In this document: positions 1 to 17,084 of the stretch, piece by piece
How positions within the stretch are numbered: position 1 is the stretch's first letter
Layout of the letters: each line of letters starts with the position of its first letter
Assembly (NCBI RefSeq): GCF_009914755.1
Contig: NC_060927.1
Source of the DNA: the human T2T-CHM13v2.0 reference genome, Homo sapiens
Length of the DNA: 64,000 nucleotides
Direction: 5' to 3' (one strand)
Made by a program: the position numbers and the translations under genes
The notes under the pieces: model-generated
Told to the model about the DNA's origin: nothing
Database searches by the model: none
The model's input: the letters and a program-made list of their open reading frames with translations, nothing else

Positions 1-189
1 TGCCTCAGCCTCCTAAGTAGCTGGGATTACAGGCACTTGCCATCACGCCAGGCTAATTTTTATATTTTTAGTAGAGATGGGGTTTCACTGTGTTAGCCAG
101 GCGGGTCTCGAACTCCTGGCCTCAAGTGATCTGCCTGCCTCAGCCTCCCAAAGTGCTAGGATTACAGGTGTTAACCACCACTCCCAGTC
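1..189 (-). mobile_element. Alu (partial, cut by window edge)
   Basis: Antisense Alu motifs: gcctcagcctcc..agtagctgggattacaggc and cctcccaaagtgctaggattacagg. Confidence 0.95.
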
Positions 190-553
190 CAAAAAGTACA
201 TTTTAAATATAAAGATGCAGATAAGTTAAAAGTGTCACACCTAAAATATGTAAAGCACCCTAATAACTAAGTAATAAAAAGACAACCCAATTTAAAAATA
301 GGCAAAGTGTCTGAATAGACATTTCTCCAAATAAAATATACAAATGGTCAGTAAGGACATAAAAAGATGCTTAAAGTCATTAGCCATCAGAAAATGCAAA
401 TCAAAATCACAATGAGATACTACCTGATACTCACTAGTGTGGTTATAAACAAAAAAGACAGATAGTAACAACTGTTGGTAAGGATGTGGAAAAAGTAAAA
501 CTCATATTCTGCTAAGTGAAATTAGCAGGATCACAAGTTAGAAGGTTAATATA

Positions 554-862
554 CAGTAGTCCCCTTATTCACAGTTTTGCTTTCTGCACTTTTAGTTACC
601 TGCAGTCAACTAGTGTCCACAAATAGGTGAGTGCAGTACAATAAGATATTTAGAGAGAGAGCACATTAACATAGCTTGTATTATAGTATATGATCATATT
701 GTTCATTTTATTATTAGATATTTTTGTTTCTTAGTGTGTCAAATTTATCATAGGTATGTATGTATAGAAAAAATAGTATACATAGGGTTTGGTACTATCT
801 ATGGTTTGAGGCATTCACTGGGGATCTTGGAAGATATCCTCATGGATAAGAGGGGATTACTG
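554..862. mobile_element. MER44A-like TcMar-Tigger MITE
   Basis: Terminal inverted repeats cagtagtccccttat / ataagaggggattactg, flanked by TA at 552-553 and 863-864. Internal sequence matches the recalled MER44A consensus. It splits an L1 ORF2 segment. Confidence 0.85.
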
Positions 863-1533
863 TACAAAAATCAATTGTATCTCTACATATTAGCAAGGAA
901 CAATTGGAAAGTTAAAATTTATTTATAGTAACATTCCAAAACATAAATTACCTAGGGAAAAATTTAACAAAATATGTGCAAGAGCTACAAACATGGCTAA
1001 AACAAACTAAAGAAGACCAAAAGAGATGAAGAGCTAAGCCATGTTTATGCAGTAAAAGACTCAGTTGTTCTCAGATTGATCTATAGCTTCAACACAACAC
1101 AAATCAAAACAGCCTTTTAAAAAAGAAAACTTGTCAGTGAAATCTAAGAATTATATAGAAACAAAAAGGATCTGGACTAGCCAAAATCGATTTGAAAAAG
1201 AAGAATGAATTAGAGAAGTTATATTATCTGACTTCAATACTTAGTATAAAGCTATAATAATCAAGACTGTGTGGTATTGGCATATGGACATACCTATAAA
1301 TCAATGGAATCTAAAAGTGAGTCCAGAAATAAACTCATATACATACATACATATGTTGTGAATTTATATTCAATAAAAACTCCACGGTAATTCAATGGGG
1401 ATAGAAAAGTGTTTTCAACTAATGGTGCTAGAACAACTGGACGTCCATATGGGAAAAATGTGGAAGACATGAGCCTTGATCTTCACCTCACAAAACTAGC
1501 TCAAAATGGATGATAGTCGCATACATAAAATAA

Positions 1534-1894
<361 letters not shown>

Positions 1895-3125
1895 AAACAA
1901 ACATTTCTTAGCTAAGATGAGAGAAGAACTAACCACAAGAGAAAGATAAAGATAAATTTAACTTCATCAAAATTATAATCTTCTGCTCTCAGAAGGACAC
2001 CACAAGAGAAATGAAAAGGCAAGCCACAGACTGGAAAAAATATTCATAATACATGTACCTGACAAGGCACTTGTATCTAGATAATCTAAAGAACCCACAG
2101 ATTGGGCAAAAATATTTGTAAATCACATAAATGATAAGCATTTAATATCCAGAATATATAAAGAACCCCTACAACTCAACAACAAAAAGACAACCAATGA
2201 AAAACTGGGCAAGGGACTAGTATAGATATTTCTCCAAAGAAGATATACAAGTGGCAAATAGTACATGAAAAGATTATCATCTTCATTAGTCATTAGGGAA
2301 ATGCAAATCAAAACCAGAATGAGATCCTACTTTACTGATGGCTGTTATCAAAAAACAGAGAGAGAGAAATTACAAGTGTTGGTGAGGATGTGGAGACATT
2401 GGAACCCAGGTACACTGCTGGTGGAAATGTAAAATGGTGTGGCCGCTTTGGAAAATGGTTTGGCAGTTTCTTCAAAAACAAAACATAGTGTTGCCATATG
2501 ACCCAGTATTTCCACTACTAGATATAACCAAAAGAATTAAAAACAGAGACTCCAACAGATACTTGTTCACAGCAGTGCTATTCACAATAGCCAAAAGGTG
2601 GAAACAATCCAAGTATGCATCAACAGATGAATGGATAAACACAAAATGGTATTTCCACACAATGGAATATTACTCAGCCATAAAAAGAAATGGAGTTCTG
2701 ACATACACTACAACATGGGCGAACCTTGAAAACAGTGTACTATGTGAATTAAGCCATACACAAAAGAACAAATATTGTGTGATCCCACTTTTATGAAATA
2801 ATTGGAATGGGCAAATTCTTAGAGACAGAAAGTAGAATAGAAGTAACCATGGCTGGGGTTGGATGTGGATGATAGGGAGTTACTGTTAAATGGGCTGAGT
2901 TTTTGTTTGGAATGACAACAAAATTAGGAAATAGAGATGACTGATGGTTGCACAGCACTGTGGATTACTTAATGCCACTGAATTGCACACATAAAATGGT
3001 TAAATTAGCTAATTTTGTGTTATTATATATTTGCCACATTTTAATTGTAAAATGAAAATGCAAAAAAGCCTATTTCTCCCTCTTGTTTTTGTTATTGTTG
3101 TATACTTTTAAATTGTATACATGTC

Positions 3126-3272
3126 TGGCGGGGCACGGTGGCTCACGACTGTAATCCCAACACTTTGGGAGGCCGAGGCAGGCAGGATCACCTGAGGCCA
3201 GGAGGTCGAGACCAGCCTGGCCAACATGGCAAAACCCTGCCTCTACTAAAAATACCAAAATTAGCTGGGCAT
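3126..3272 (+). mobile_element. Alu left arm (3'-truncated)
   Basis: ggcgggcacggtggctcac...ctctactaaaaatac..ttagctgggcatg, then the Alu sequence stops. Confidence 0.9.
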
Positions 3273-3350
3273 GTATGCATGTTATAAACCTCTCAATACA
3301 TTGTTATTTTTGCTTCAAACTTTAAACTGTCTTTTAAAGATTATCTATAA

Positions 3351-3967
<617 letters not shown>

Positions 3968-3989
3968 TAAATTATCTTTTAAAGTTATT

Positions 3990-5820
<1,831 letters not shown>

Positions 5821-7889
5821 AGCTAGAATCTGCTCTCTGGTTTCATGGAACAATGATGGCTTATGTGTTCCCACTCTAGGTAATGTAAGGATGAATGAAT
5901 GAATATGAATGTAATATAGTAAAATAAATTACCAGTGATGTAATCAGATCTCCTATAGCTTAAAGAAGCTTTAACTTCTCACCTTAAACAAGATTACTTT
6001 GTCATGTTGCCAGTTTAATTTAAGGTCCGTTCTTCCTCCTAGGCCATGCATATTCCAGATGCTATCCCTTTACAATGGGCCTTTAGTTACTCATTAACCC
6101 CACTGGAATGCCACCTTTAATGACATTAGCTATCTTCTGTGATTCTCTGCAACATAAGGGTAGGAGCATCAAATACACCTTATTTCCCTGAGGTACAAAT
6201 AGTAATCTCCAGCTTGCTCCACTGATGTTGGAAATAAGTCATCCAACCATGTTTTTAAGGTCAGGCACGCTAATTTTTGTCTATCTTTCCATGGAGAAAA
6301 TAAGGTTCTCTTTATATGATATAAAAGTGTAAGTTCTGCTATGGAGATGATGGCCAATCTCACTCAATTTGTGTTTGGGGTATGGATTTTGTTAATCATG
6401 GGGGACATGGTGAATCGAAGTGGGTCTCCCATATTTTTATGTATATTTTCTGACAGTCTACTCTTCAAGGCTTGTAACATATTAAATAATTTATATGAGT
6501 GAGAAATTAATCATTACATGAAGTCAAATCTCTTAGGTATAAAAATCTACGGTTTATATTAATTTGCGTTTTGCCTGGTGTGCACTACACAAGATATTAA
6601 GCAACTAAATGCAAAAAGGTAAGTAAAGGAGACACAATTATTTTCACGATTTAATGTTTATTCAAGTGCTCACAGCCTTCCTGGTGCTGCACTGAAAATA
6701 CAATATAAGCAAAACTGGAAAACAGGTGGATTTCATTAGCAGAGAGGTTGTCCAGGTATACAGTGGGTTTCACCTTCCACACTATGAAAATACAGCAGTC
6801 TATGTGCATGTCAAAAGTGCCACATGAGCCAGGAGGCTTGACTGAGACAAAAAAATGTTTGGTGAGGGGAGGAGAGAGGCAGATTTGTATGCTTTTAAGA
6901 TTAGAGGATTCCTAATTGTTTTCATGGCATAAGGATCTTATAGGAGTTGTTAAAAAGAGTTTAAGGTAAGAAAGAAAAATTCCAGTCCTTTAATGACTTA
7001 CAGGTTTTCAGCACATCCTAGTTCTTTGACTTTATGAATGGGAAAAGGTAGCATGTATCCACTGGCTTAATCTAAGTTGTCAACAAGCCTTCTCTGAAGT
7101 TATTGAAATAAGAGGAGTGCCCACAGTTACTAAAGATCTTCCGGTGATAAAAGAGGAATTGCATAAACTTCTGGCTGCGTGCATTAGAATGATTCAGTGT
7201 TTCACAAAAAAATTTACTCCCGTTGACTCTCCAGTTAAGTAAAATTTCAGGAATACTTTCTCCTCATATTTGGTTGAGTCAGTCCAAAGACAAGAACTGC
7301 TCGCTCCTGCAGCAGTCATGGTTTCTGAAAGCTGGTCAGAGAGTTGCTTTCATTGCACCTTCTTCATCTCCATTTTTCCCCAAATACTCACTTTTGACTG
7401 AATGAATGAGCAGGATTCTATCATACCTGCAAGCAGAAAGTTTTTCTAAACCAGGTTAGCAAGGGCAAGATGGCTGGTGGGCTAAGAGCATGCTCTGAAC
7501 TCCTTGCAATTGAGTTGCTTAATTCACCTGAAAAACCTGCTCCTCTTCTCTTGCTTATCAAGCATGTGCGTAGGGGACCTGATTAAGGAAGGATAGAAAT
7601 AGGATATAAAGGCACTGCCACAAATCTGCAATGTGAACATCTACCTAATAAACCCTTTGTTGAAGGCCCATTAACCTTTAACTTCCGGGTCTATGCATAC
7701 TGTCAACACTTGACTCTACAGAACTTTCAGAGAATGGCGTGCAGTTTGGATAGCCCAGTTTTCTGGATGGCTGTGAATAAGCAGTCAAGCTTTTAAAAAA
7801 TTAACTGTTCTGGAAGGAAATCATCTGAAATTTGTTTTTCCCTTATAAACAAAATGTATAGAATACCATTTTCTTGAAGACATAATCAT

Positions 7890-8210
<321 letters not shown>

Positions 8211-8472
8211 TAATTTGTTATTTTTAACTGGATATGGGCATAGGAATTATTATTGCCTGGTTTCTTGTGCAGAGACTCCCATATGAATAAAGTTCATTGA
8301 CTGTGGTGCATAGACTTGGTGACATATATTTCATCTGCTCAAAGACATGTTTTACTGTCTTTTTTGGAAGATGTGTTCCAAATAGATGGGGCTGCTTGGG
8401 TTTCATTACTATATTATATAGTTTTGAATACACTGAGGAATTAATTCCCATACTACCAAATGAAATAGCAGA

Positions 8473-8878
8473 TGCTGTGGTGCAGGGCCCCAAATTCCCC
8501 CTTCAGGACTAAGGCCTTCTTTGCCCAAGCAGCACATATTGACTGCTCAAAGCTCACAGCTTAGTTTCTCTGTGGGAGTCTCCGTCAGCCACAGAGAGCT
8601 TCCCCCAAGGTTATGTGCCCTCCCTGGGTGCAGCTCATATCCAGTGATCAGTCAGTGTGGGTATTCAAAGGCCCAGCCTCCCTGCCTTGACCGGAGACAA
8701 CTTTGAAAGGCCACCCCAGCTCCAGAACTTTCTGTGGGACCAGTGGAGGCCTCTGTTGCAACCGTATTGCTTCCCTCACTCCTTTCCACTCCTTTATTCA
8801 CTGAGAGCAGTCCCAGCGAGCCTCCTGCAAGCAGATCTCCATCTCAGAGTCTGTTCCTCAGGGAACCCACCCTAAGCA
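8473..8878 (+). mobile_element. LTR16-family ERVL solo LTR
   Basis: 3' end atctccatctcagagtctg..cagggaaccc..cctaagca and internal aaaggcccagcc match the recalled LTR16 consensus. Confidence 0.65.
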
Positions 8879-8970
8879 CGGCAGCACAGTGAGTAAGGAG
8901 TTCCCAGGCTGACGTTAGCCAGCCAGTCCTTCACACTCCCATGATGTGAACATTTTGCTTTATGGTGGTA

Positions 8971-11115
8971 CAGCAGGTCCCTGAATCACATAGTCAGTTC
9001 ATTCTAAGTTTGATGAGAAAAAAACCTATCCCTGGCCGGGGCCACTGCCTGTGTGGAGTTCGCTCGTTCTTCCCATATCTGCAGGGGTTCTCTCAGGGCA
9101 CTCCGCTTTCCTCCCACATTCCAGAGATTATGCACATTAGGTTCTTTGGCGTATCCCAGTGTGAGTAAGCGTGGGTGTGTGTGAGTGCGCCCTGCCATGG
9201 GATGTGAGTGTGGTTGGTGTGGGTGTGTGTAAGTGCGTCCTGGCTGGGGCTGGCTCCTGCCTTCTGAGCTGCCTGGCTGGACTTTGGCCACCTGAAACCC
9301 TGAATTGTTATAATTGGGTAACTCTTCTTATTTGTTTTTATTTATCTTTTTAAATGTATGTGTAGCTCACATTTATTTCAATGTTTACTGTTAGAAGTGT
9401 TTTGGTCTTTATTTAGAAGTTTGGTGGGTTTTGAGACCAGAAATATGCCATAGGAACTTAACTCTTGTTTACATTGGTCTATGGTAAAATTGGTTTCTTC
9501 AATGAAATCCCTATCAAAATACCAATGACATTCTTCACAAAAATGAAAAAAAAAATCCTAAAATTTATATGGAATCACAAAAGATCCCAAATAGCCAAAG
9601 CAATCCTAAGCAAAAAGAACAAAGCTGGAGATGTCACACTACCTGACTTCAAAATTTACTACAAAGCTATAGTGACCAAAACAGCATGATTTTGGCATAA
9701 AAACAGACACATAGACCAATGGAACAGAACAGAGAACTCAGATATAATTCCACACAATTACAGCCACCCCATCTTCAATAAAGATCCCAAGAACATACAC
9801 TACGGAAAGTACAGTCTTTTTAATAAATGGTGCTGGGAAAACTGGATAGCTATAAACAGAAGAATGAAACAAGACCTCTATTCCTTACCATACACAAATA
9901 TCAAATCAAAATGGCTTAAACACTTAACTCTAAGACCTGAAAAATGAAAGTACCAGAAGAAAACATGGGAAAATGCTCCAGGTCTGGGGAAAATTTTTTA
10001 TATAAGACCTCAAAAGCACAGATAAATCAAAGCAAAAATAGACAAAGAGGATTACATCAAGCTAAAAAGCTTCTGCACAGCAAAGGAAACAATCAACAAA
10101 GTGAAAAGACAACTCGCAGAATGGGAGAAAATATTTGCAAACTATCCATCTGACAAGGGATTAATAACCAGAATATACAAGGAGCTCAAACTGCTCAATA
10201 GCAACAAATCAAATAATCTGATTAAGAAAGTGGGCAAAAGATCTGAACAGACATTTCTCAAAAGAAGACATACAAATGGCCAACAGGTACATGAAAAACT
10301 GCTCAACATCACTAACCATCAGAGAAATGCAAATCAAAACTACAATGAAATGTCATCTCACCCCAGTTCAAATAGCTTGTATTAAAAAGACAGGCAATGA
10401 TAGACGGTAGTGAGGATGTGGAGGAAGGGGAACCTTCATACACTGCTAGTGGGAATGTAAGTTAGCATAACCATTATGGAGAAGTTTGAAGGTTCCTCAA
10501 AAAACTAAAAATAAAACTTCCATATGATCCAGCAACTACACTACTAGGTATATATTCGAAAGAAAGGAAATAAATATATTGAAGAGATACTTGCACTCCC
10601 ATGTCTATTTCAGTGCTATTCACAATAGCCAAAATATGGAATCAACCTAAGTGCCCATCAATGGATGGATGAATAAAGAAAATGTAATATATATACACAA
10701 TAGAATATTATTCAGCCATAAAAAAAGAATTAAATGCTGTCATTTGCAGCAATATGGATGGAACTGGAGGCCGTTATGTTAAATGAAATTAGTCAAGCAC
10801 AGAAAGACAAACACTGAATGTTCTCACTCATATATGAAAGCTAAAAAGTAGCTCTCATGAAGGTAGAGAGTAGAATAGTGGTTACCAGAGGCCAGGAAGG
10901 GTAGGAGGAAGCAAGGCGGAATGGAAGGGAAAAAAGAAAATAAATGTATTTATTACCACTGAACTGTGCACTCAAAAATGGTAAAGATAGTAAACATATA
11001 TATTTTTACCTCAATAAAAAATAAATAAAATTTTAAAAATTGGTTTTATTATACGTTGTTTTGCTTAAAGTTGCAATTTCCAAGAACCTATTGAAGACAC
11101 TGAGTGAGGACCTCT
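8971..11115. mobile_element. MER82-like Tigger element split by an L1MA insertion (halves 8971-9496 and 11036-11115)
   Basis: Starts TA-cagcaggtcc; contains ggccggggccactgcctgtgtggagtt; resumes after the L1 with aagaacctattgaagacactgagtgaggac. Confidence 0.75.
9497..11035 (+). mobile_element. 5'-truncated L1MA (L1MA4A/5A-like) with TSD aaaattggttt
   Basis: ORF fragments translate to L1 ORF2 ([30 protein letters not shown]; EWEKIFANY); has an L1 3' UTR, an A-rich tail and duplicated aaaattggttt on both sides. Confidence 0.9.
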
Positions 11116-11269
11116 GCCTTGATCTTCTTCTACTTCCACTTCTTGATTTCCGTATTTTCTAGAGAATTCCTTCGAGTGAAGATTTTATAGTTTACTAGTT
11201 GAGATCATGAAAATCAGGTTTCCAAACATAGATTATAGATTATAGACTATAGACTAACATTTACTGCAT

Positions 11270-11480
11270 TATTATCATTATTATTATTTTGAGACAGGTC
11301 TCACTCTGTTGCCCAGGCTGGAGTGCAGTGGCACCATCTCAGCTCACCGCAGACTTGATCCCCTGGCTGAAGCGATCCTCCCACCTCAGCCTCCCAAGTA
11401 GCTAGGACTACAGGTGCACACCACCACACCCAGCTAATTTATTTTTGCATTTTTTGCAGAGGTGGGGTTTCTCCATGCAG
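11270..11480 (-). mobile_element. AluJ (partial)
   Basis: Right arm, linker and start of the left arm. Confidence 0.88.
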
Positions 11481-12029
11481 GCTGTACTGCATGGCCTTTA
11501 TTGAAGAGGTTTTATGTCTTTGCTTCTAGCCTATGAAGTGTCCGGAATTTTTCTTATAATTTTATTTTTTAAATGTTAGAAATGTTTATTTTGACTGTCT
11601 TCTGTTTTCTTTCTTCTTTTATACCAAAGTTTATGCTCCAAAAGAAAAAAATGTTTATGAACACACATTTTCCTGTCTTGGCCTTCTTCAGATTCCGTTG
11701 CTCTGATATTCTTGCTGCAAAAATTTAGACAAGTGTTGTATACCTTCATTCTTTGCTTTGACGTAAGGTCTCCATCCTAGTATTTTGACAGTTCGCTCTG
11801 ATAATCTCTCTACTGCATTAGTTCCACCTGGAAGTTTCTAGTCCTAAAATACTGAAGTAGCCTGGTTAACCAAGTTACATTCAGGGATTAGAAAAAGCAT
11901 TGGAAAAAACTTTAGTGTTCCAATGTAGTGCAAATGTTAATTTAGTTAAATCACTTATGAGCAAAAAAAGTATCACTGATCAAAACAAGCACACTCTAAA
12001 CTAATGTAACTCATTTCACAGACTATCTG

Positions 12030-12200
12030 TCGTCGAAGGGATCTTAGAGATCACCTGATCTAAGTCCCTGATACCACAGATGAAGCCCGGAGAGGAGAAG
12101 TGAATTCCCCAGAGTCACAGAGCTGGGTAATAGTGACAAAAGCTGGAACTTGAAGCTAGGTCTCTTGATTCAGAAAGCTTGGTACTCTGCCACATAACCA
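12030..12200. mobile_element. MIR fragment
   Basis: acagatgaagccc..agaggagaagtgaattccccagagtcacag core. Confidence 0.6.
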
Positions 12201-15139
12201 CTGAATTCCTTTTACTTTCTCTCCAAATCACTCCATGAACCAAGAGAATTTTCTTGACTCAGTACTTTGGTGACCACAGTTATTTTAACTTCATTGCTCT
12301 GTCAACCTCAAGTGGGTTTCTGGCATTCCCAGTTCCTAATTCGGTTATGCAATCCATCAGCAAAATTTGACCAACGCAATTTAGCTTGGGTGAGAAAATG
12401 TTTAGGCACTTTCATCAATAGTTTTTTTTTTTTTAAGCTTGATGAGACCATTTGATCTGCTGCAGGTGAACCCAATGTACTAAAATAATTGTTAGGACAT
12501 GTGCACGTTCCTTTTATAAAATGCCTCACATAACATACATCTCTGTGTGAATTTTAGCCTCGCTTTGTGGTAGGATGAACCTCTTTTTCTGACCAAAAAG
12601 TACATGCAAATTGGTTCACTTCCCATAAACTTGGGTTCCATCTAAACAAATTGGTTAATTAAATAAGTAACAAATGAATATCCAATTATACAAATATTCA
12701 TCAGGGAGGGCCATCAGGGTGAGCTTTCGACGTGAATAAGCGTCTTAGAATTACTCAAAAAAGATAAGAGTGGTGCCAAGCTGGGGGATTCTATTTCACA
12801 AATATTTCCCTTTCATATCTCTGGTCTTTGTCAATCTCTTTGGAGTCACCAAGGCAGACAAGCAATTGACAGTTTCTTGCAGTAAATTATTTTGCCTGGA
12901 AATCCTGCATAGCAGGTATTGCCTGACTTAGCTGGAAATGATAAACTAGCAATGTTGCTATTCGAGTTGGGAGGACCTGAAGGAGCATAAAGCTACCTGC
13001 TGTGTTTTCATATCTCCTAAAGGGAGTGATAAAGAACTTCAGTTTAATGGAGGGGGTTGGGGACGGGGTGAAGAGAGCAAGAAGAACCAGACTTCTCCAA
13101 AGCCTTCCCTTTGGGTTAAACTACCCAGAGAAAAAGCCAAACCCAGCCTTGATCACAACTCCATTCTGCAGCAACATCTCCAAAGATATCACAGATCTAC
13201 AAAGATCTGAGTTATAAAAATCTTTCCCTGGCTTCTCCTGGAATGTTCTGAACTGGCTTCTTAAGAAGTGTTCTCCTGTGTCTGGTGTGGGTGAATCTGA
13301 CGTGGCTTCTTGTATTTGCCAGAGGTGAATGGACTGTGCCAAAATGACCCACATCCTTCCCAGGGGTTTGGTGGGTGCTGATACCTAAGGTACTGCAGGT
13401 ATTTTAGTGTCCTGCTGCCTGTCTGGAGCCAGGTGGCCTCATTTAAAAATTCTTGAGCCTCATTCTGCACTAGCCCCCACCACCACCATCACCGCCACTA
13501 ACCTCCTGGCATTCTTCCCTAGGGCACTGGGATTCAGGCTGAGACCTGCTTTCTTACAGAGATGTTTCCTTCCTATCTGGCATATCCAGGTAGAAATCAC
13601 GTTTCATAATGTTTTTCTCCTTTTGTTCTCAGATGTTCTAAGTCGGCTCCCTGCAGCACATGTCAACATTAGAACACCTGGGGCAGAGCTGGCTCCCAGA
13701 ACAAAAGGACACTGCCAACAAGCTTGCTTAGTGTTTCTCTGCAGTGGAAATCTTGGGACTGCGGCCTGCTTAGAAATACCCGAGATAATGCAGGGGAGAA
13801 AAAAAGTGCAAGGCTTCCTATTAGAACAAGATAGAAAACCACATAGATCGTTTTAAGGAAGCTGAGCTTTTGACTGGACATGAGGGGAAATGGCGTAGGG
13901 AAGGTGGCCTGTCACTGCCCCGCTTTTGTTGAGTGTACTTTGGGCTTTATTTCGTTGGTCACGATTGCAGCAGGTTCTGCTGCTGACCTTCTATCAAGAT
14001 GGTCCCTGGGTATTGTGGGGTCCAGCATCAGCTCTTGAGGAAAGTGGAAAGGCTGCTGAGTGTATGCGCCACAAGAAGCCCCTCCCTCAGCTCTGTCTCT
14101 CAATCACTAAGAATGTTGATTCACTAAAGTCCAAACTTGCGCTGGCGCCATCTTGGCCTCTCATGCCCTCCCTGGTCTCTCTCCGTCACCTCCATAAAAA
14201 GCTACAAGTGAGTCAGCTGCAACGGGAAAAAGGAAAGAGGTGTGTTTCTGGCTCCCATACATATGACTCTGAGCAGAGAACAACTGCAAACAAAGCCTTA
14301 AACCTGAAACTCTAAAGGGCAGGGTGTGGGAAGGTTTGCGGCCCGGTGCGGGCAAGGTTGAAGTGGCATGTTCAGCAGGTTGGACATGTGTACTTTCCTT
14401 CCATTTAATAATTAGAAAGGAATGAACTCTCCCCACTGAACTGCGGCCCAGCTCTGGTGCTCCTCGTGGAAAATACCACTTAAGACAACACCAAGCTTCA
14501 AAGCCCTTGCATTTCCTGGCCAAGGATAAAGGGTTCCCTCTTTCCCTGCAGTGAGTCCTACCCCTCTGAACCCAGCGCCAGTTACTCATGTTCTAGAATG
14601 TTTATTAATTAAGTTTGGCTTCTCTGGTTGATTTTGCAGAAAGATTTTTTTTTTCACACTTTGAAATCAAGCATCTGCACATGGGTTGGTTGGCAGTCTG
14701 TTTGCAGACAAGGATGCAGAAAGAAAAGTCCTTGGACTCCATGCCGTGTTGTGTGGCTGCAGAACGCTGCCTCTAGTGCCATTCCTCAAGGTCTGCATAA
14801 CTAGAAGAAGTTATCTGTGTTGTTAACAGGAGACAATATCACCCTGTCGTACCTCTGTGGAATGTTGCTAGGTAAGAAATGAGAATTGTTCATCCAGGCC
14901 TGCAGAGGCCTCTCATGAAGGACCGGCAGATATTTTGCAGGAATCCTGGATTGTTTCCCTTGATATGAGGCTTAAACATCTAGAAAAACATTATGAAATG
15001 TGATTTCAATCCACCTGGCAGTAAGGGACCCTGTGGTGTTAGGTTTTTAAAAACTCACACACACTTATAACCATGGAGACAAGTTTTAGCCTGTACCTTG
15101 GAGCCCCTAGTTAAATCCCAGGAGACAACGCAACAGAGA

Positions 15140-15395
15140 ATGTGTAGGGTGGGATTCAGTGGACTCGAGTCAGACCACCCAGGTTCCAATCCCAGCTCCT
15201 TCACTTATTAATGCTAAGTAGGAGACAGCGACAAATTACTGAACCTCTTTGTGCTGTGGTTTCCTCATCCTTAAAAGGGGAACAATAGTAGTCCCTACCT
15301 CGCAGAGTTGCTACGAGGATTAAATTATATTTGTAAAGTGCTTAGAAGTGTGTCTGACACATAGTAAGCTCTATATAAGTGTTTGCTAAATAAAT
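15140..15395 (+). mobile_element. MIR
   Basis: ggttccaatcccagctc...ggtttcctcatc...gtaaagtgcttagaag...acatagtaagctc. Confidence 0.85.
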
Positions 15396-15413
15396 AAAGG
15401 TGTATGTTGCAAT

Positions 15414-15809
15414 TGTATTAGTTTGTGAGGGCTTCTATAAGAAAGTACCACAGGCTGGGTGGCTAAAACAACAACAATTGATTGTCTCACAGTTCTCGAG
15501 GCTGGAAGTTCGAGATCAGGGTGTTGGCAGGGTTGGTTTCTCCTGCAGTCTCTCTCCTTGGCTTGTAGACGGCCACCTTCTCCCTGTGTCCTCACGTGGT
15601 CTTCCCTCTGTAGCTGTCTGTGTCCAAATTTCCTGTTCATAGAAGGACACCAGTAATATCAGATTAGGCCCTGCCGGAATGACCTCATTTTAATTTAATC
15701 ACTCCTCTAAAGGCCCTATCTCCAAATACAGCCACATTCCGAAGTACTAGGGGGTAGGACTTCGACATAGGCATTTTGGGGGGTGGGTAATGCAATTCAG
15801 CCCATAGCA
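15414..15809 (-). mobile_element. MLT1 (MLT1B-like) MaLR solo LTR
   Basis: tgtattagtt...ctcacagttct.gaggctggaagtt.gagatca...aaggacaccagt...aattcagcccatagca; TG...CA ends. Confidence 0.85.
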
Positions 15810-17084
15810 ACACTTTTAACATGAGCTCCTCTGGCTCCAGGGGGACTGTGTGCAGCTGAGATAGACATGTGTAATGGCAACTACCAAACCACATGCAAGG
15901 AGGCTCTTCGATCTGTGTGAATCATCTTTCAGCCCTGGTATGTTCATCCATCAAACTCTTATTTTATACTATACTCACAGGCTGGGCCTCTTCTGGGGAC
16001 TTTAGGAGCACATTTCTTTAATTGGTCAAGTCTTTCATTTTCAAGCTCTATTGGATTCTCCCTAGTCCCGGCGTCCTTTTGCTAAAATCTGTCTTTGATA
16101 GACTTTGAGTATGTTGCTCATCAATCAATCCTTCATCTTTCCAGAGTGTCTTGATTCTTTAAGACTGCTTGCACACAGACTCAACCTGTTCTGTTTTTTA
16201 ACTAATTTGATAGTTTTGTTTCTAATTCTTCATGGCGTGCCTTAATGGGTGGGACAGAATGCTCTGTATCTCACCACGCATGCAAGAGTGTTAGCTTATG
16301 AACAACTGGCTTGTTCTGATGGGGAAGGAAGCCCAAAGAAATACCACAGGAGTCATTAATTTTAGAAGTAGTAATGAAGATAAAATCCAAGTGTAAGTTG
16401 GAATAAAAAAAGGAAATTTAAAAATCAAGAATCCCCCCAAACCTGAAGACACAGTGGATTAGGCTTTGAGCTTCAGAAGAGCAGTTTACTCTTGGTTGTC
16501 TAGTACTCTTGTTTTTTTTTTTCTTTAATTCTCCATGGTGACTAATGTAATTTTGAACATATATAAGTGCTCAATGAATATTTGTGCATTAAAAGCATTT
16601 GATTGAGGCTAAAGTTTAAAAGAGACTATCTTAGGGCTTATCTGCAGAAAATTTATTAAATTCATTAATATGTAAAAGTACAAGTAAATGACTCAAAGGG
16701 GGTTTGAAAATATAAATGACTCAAAAGAGACTCAGAAGTAGAGGGCGTTTCTCATATAGGACCATTTACTCAAAGGGAAAAATATCAAAAATATTCTCAT
16801 ACAAAGAGGAACAATCTACTTAATTTGAGATAACAGTTTAACTCTCCTGCTTTAAACTTAAGAAGAGAAACAAGAAATCATAGATGATAGAAGAAGGACA
16901 TTTGCCTAGTTCATTTAAACCAAATCCCTCAACAGAGGCTCGGAGAGATGAATTAACTTGTCCAAGATCATACTGGATACCAAGCTGCTAACCTGATTCC
17001 CATATCCTATGCTTCCTCCTTTCTCCTGGTGATCTGGTGATTTATTTAGTACATAAATAATTTTTAATAGGCTTCAGTTTCAGA

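Noticed and set aside
13407-13856. 149-aa ORF in unique DNA, with an acceptor-like site near 13632
   Set aside because: It has a non-ATG start, no recognisable domain and no supportable exon chain.
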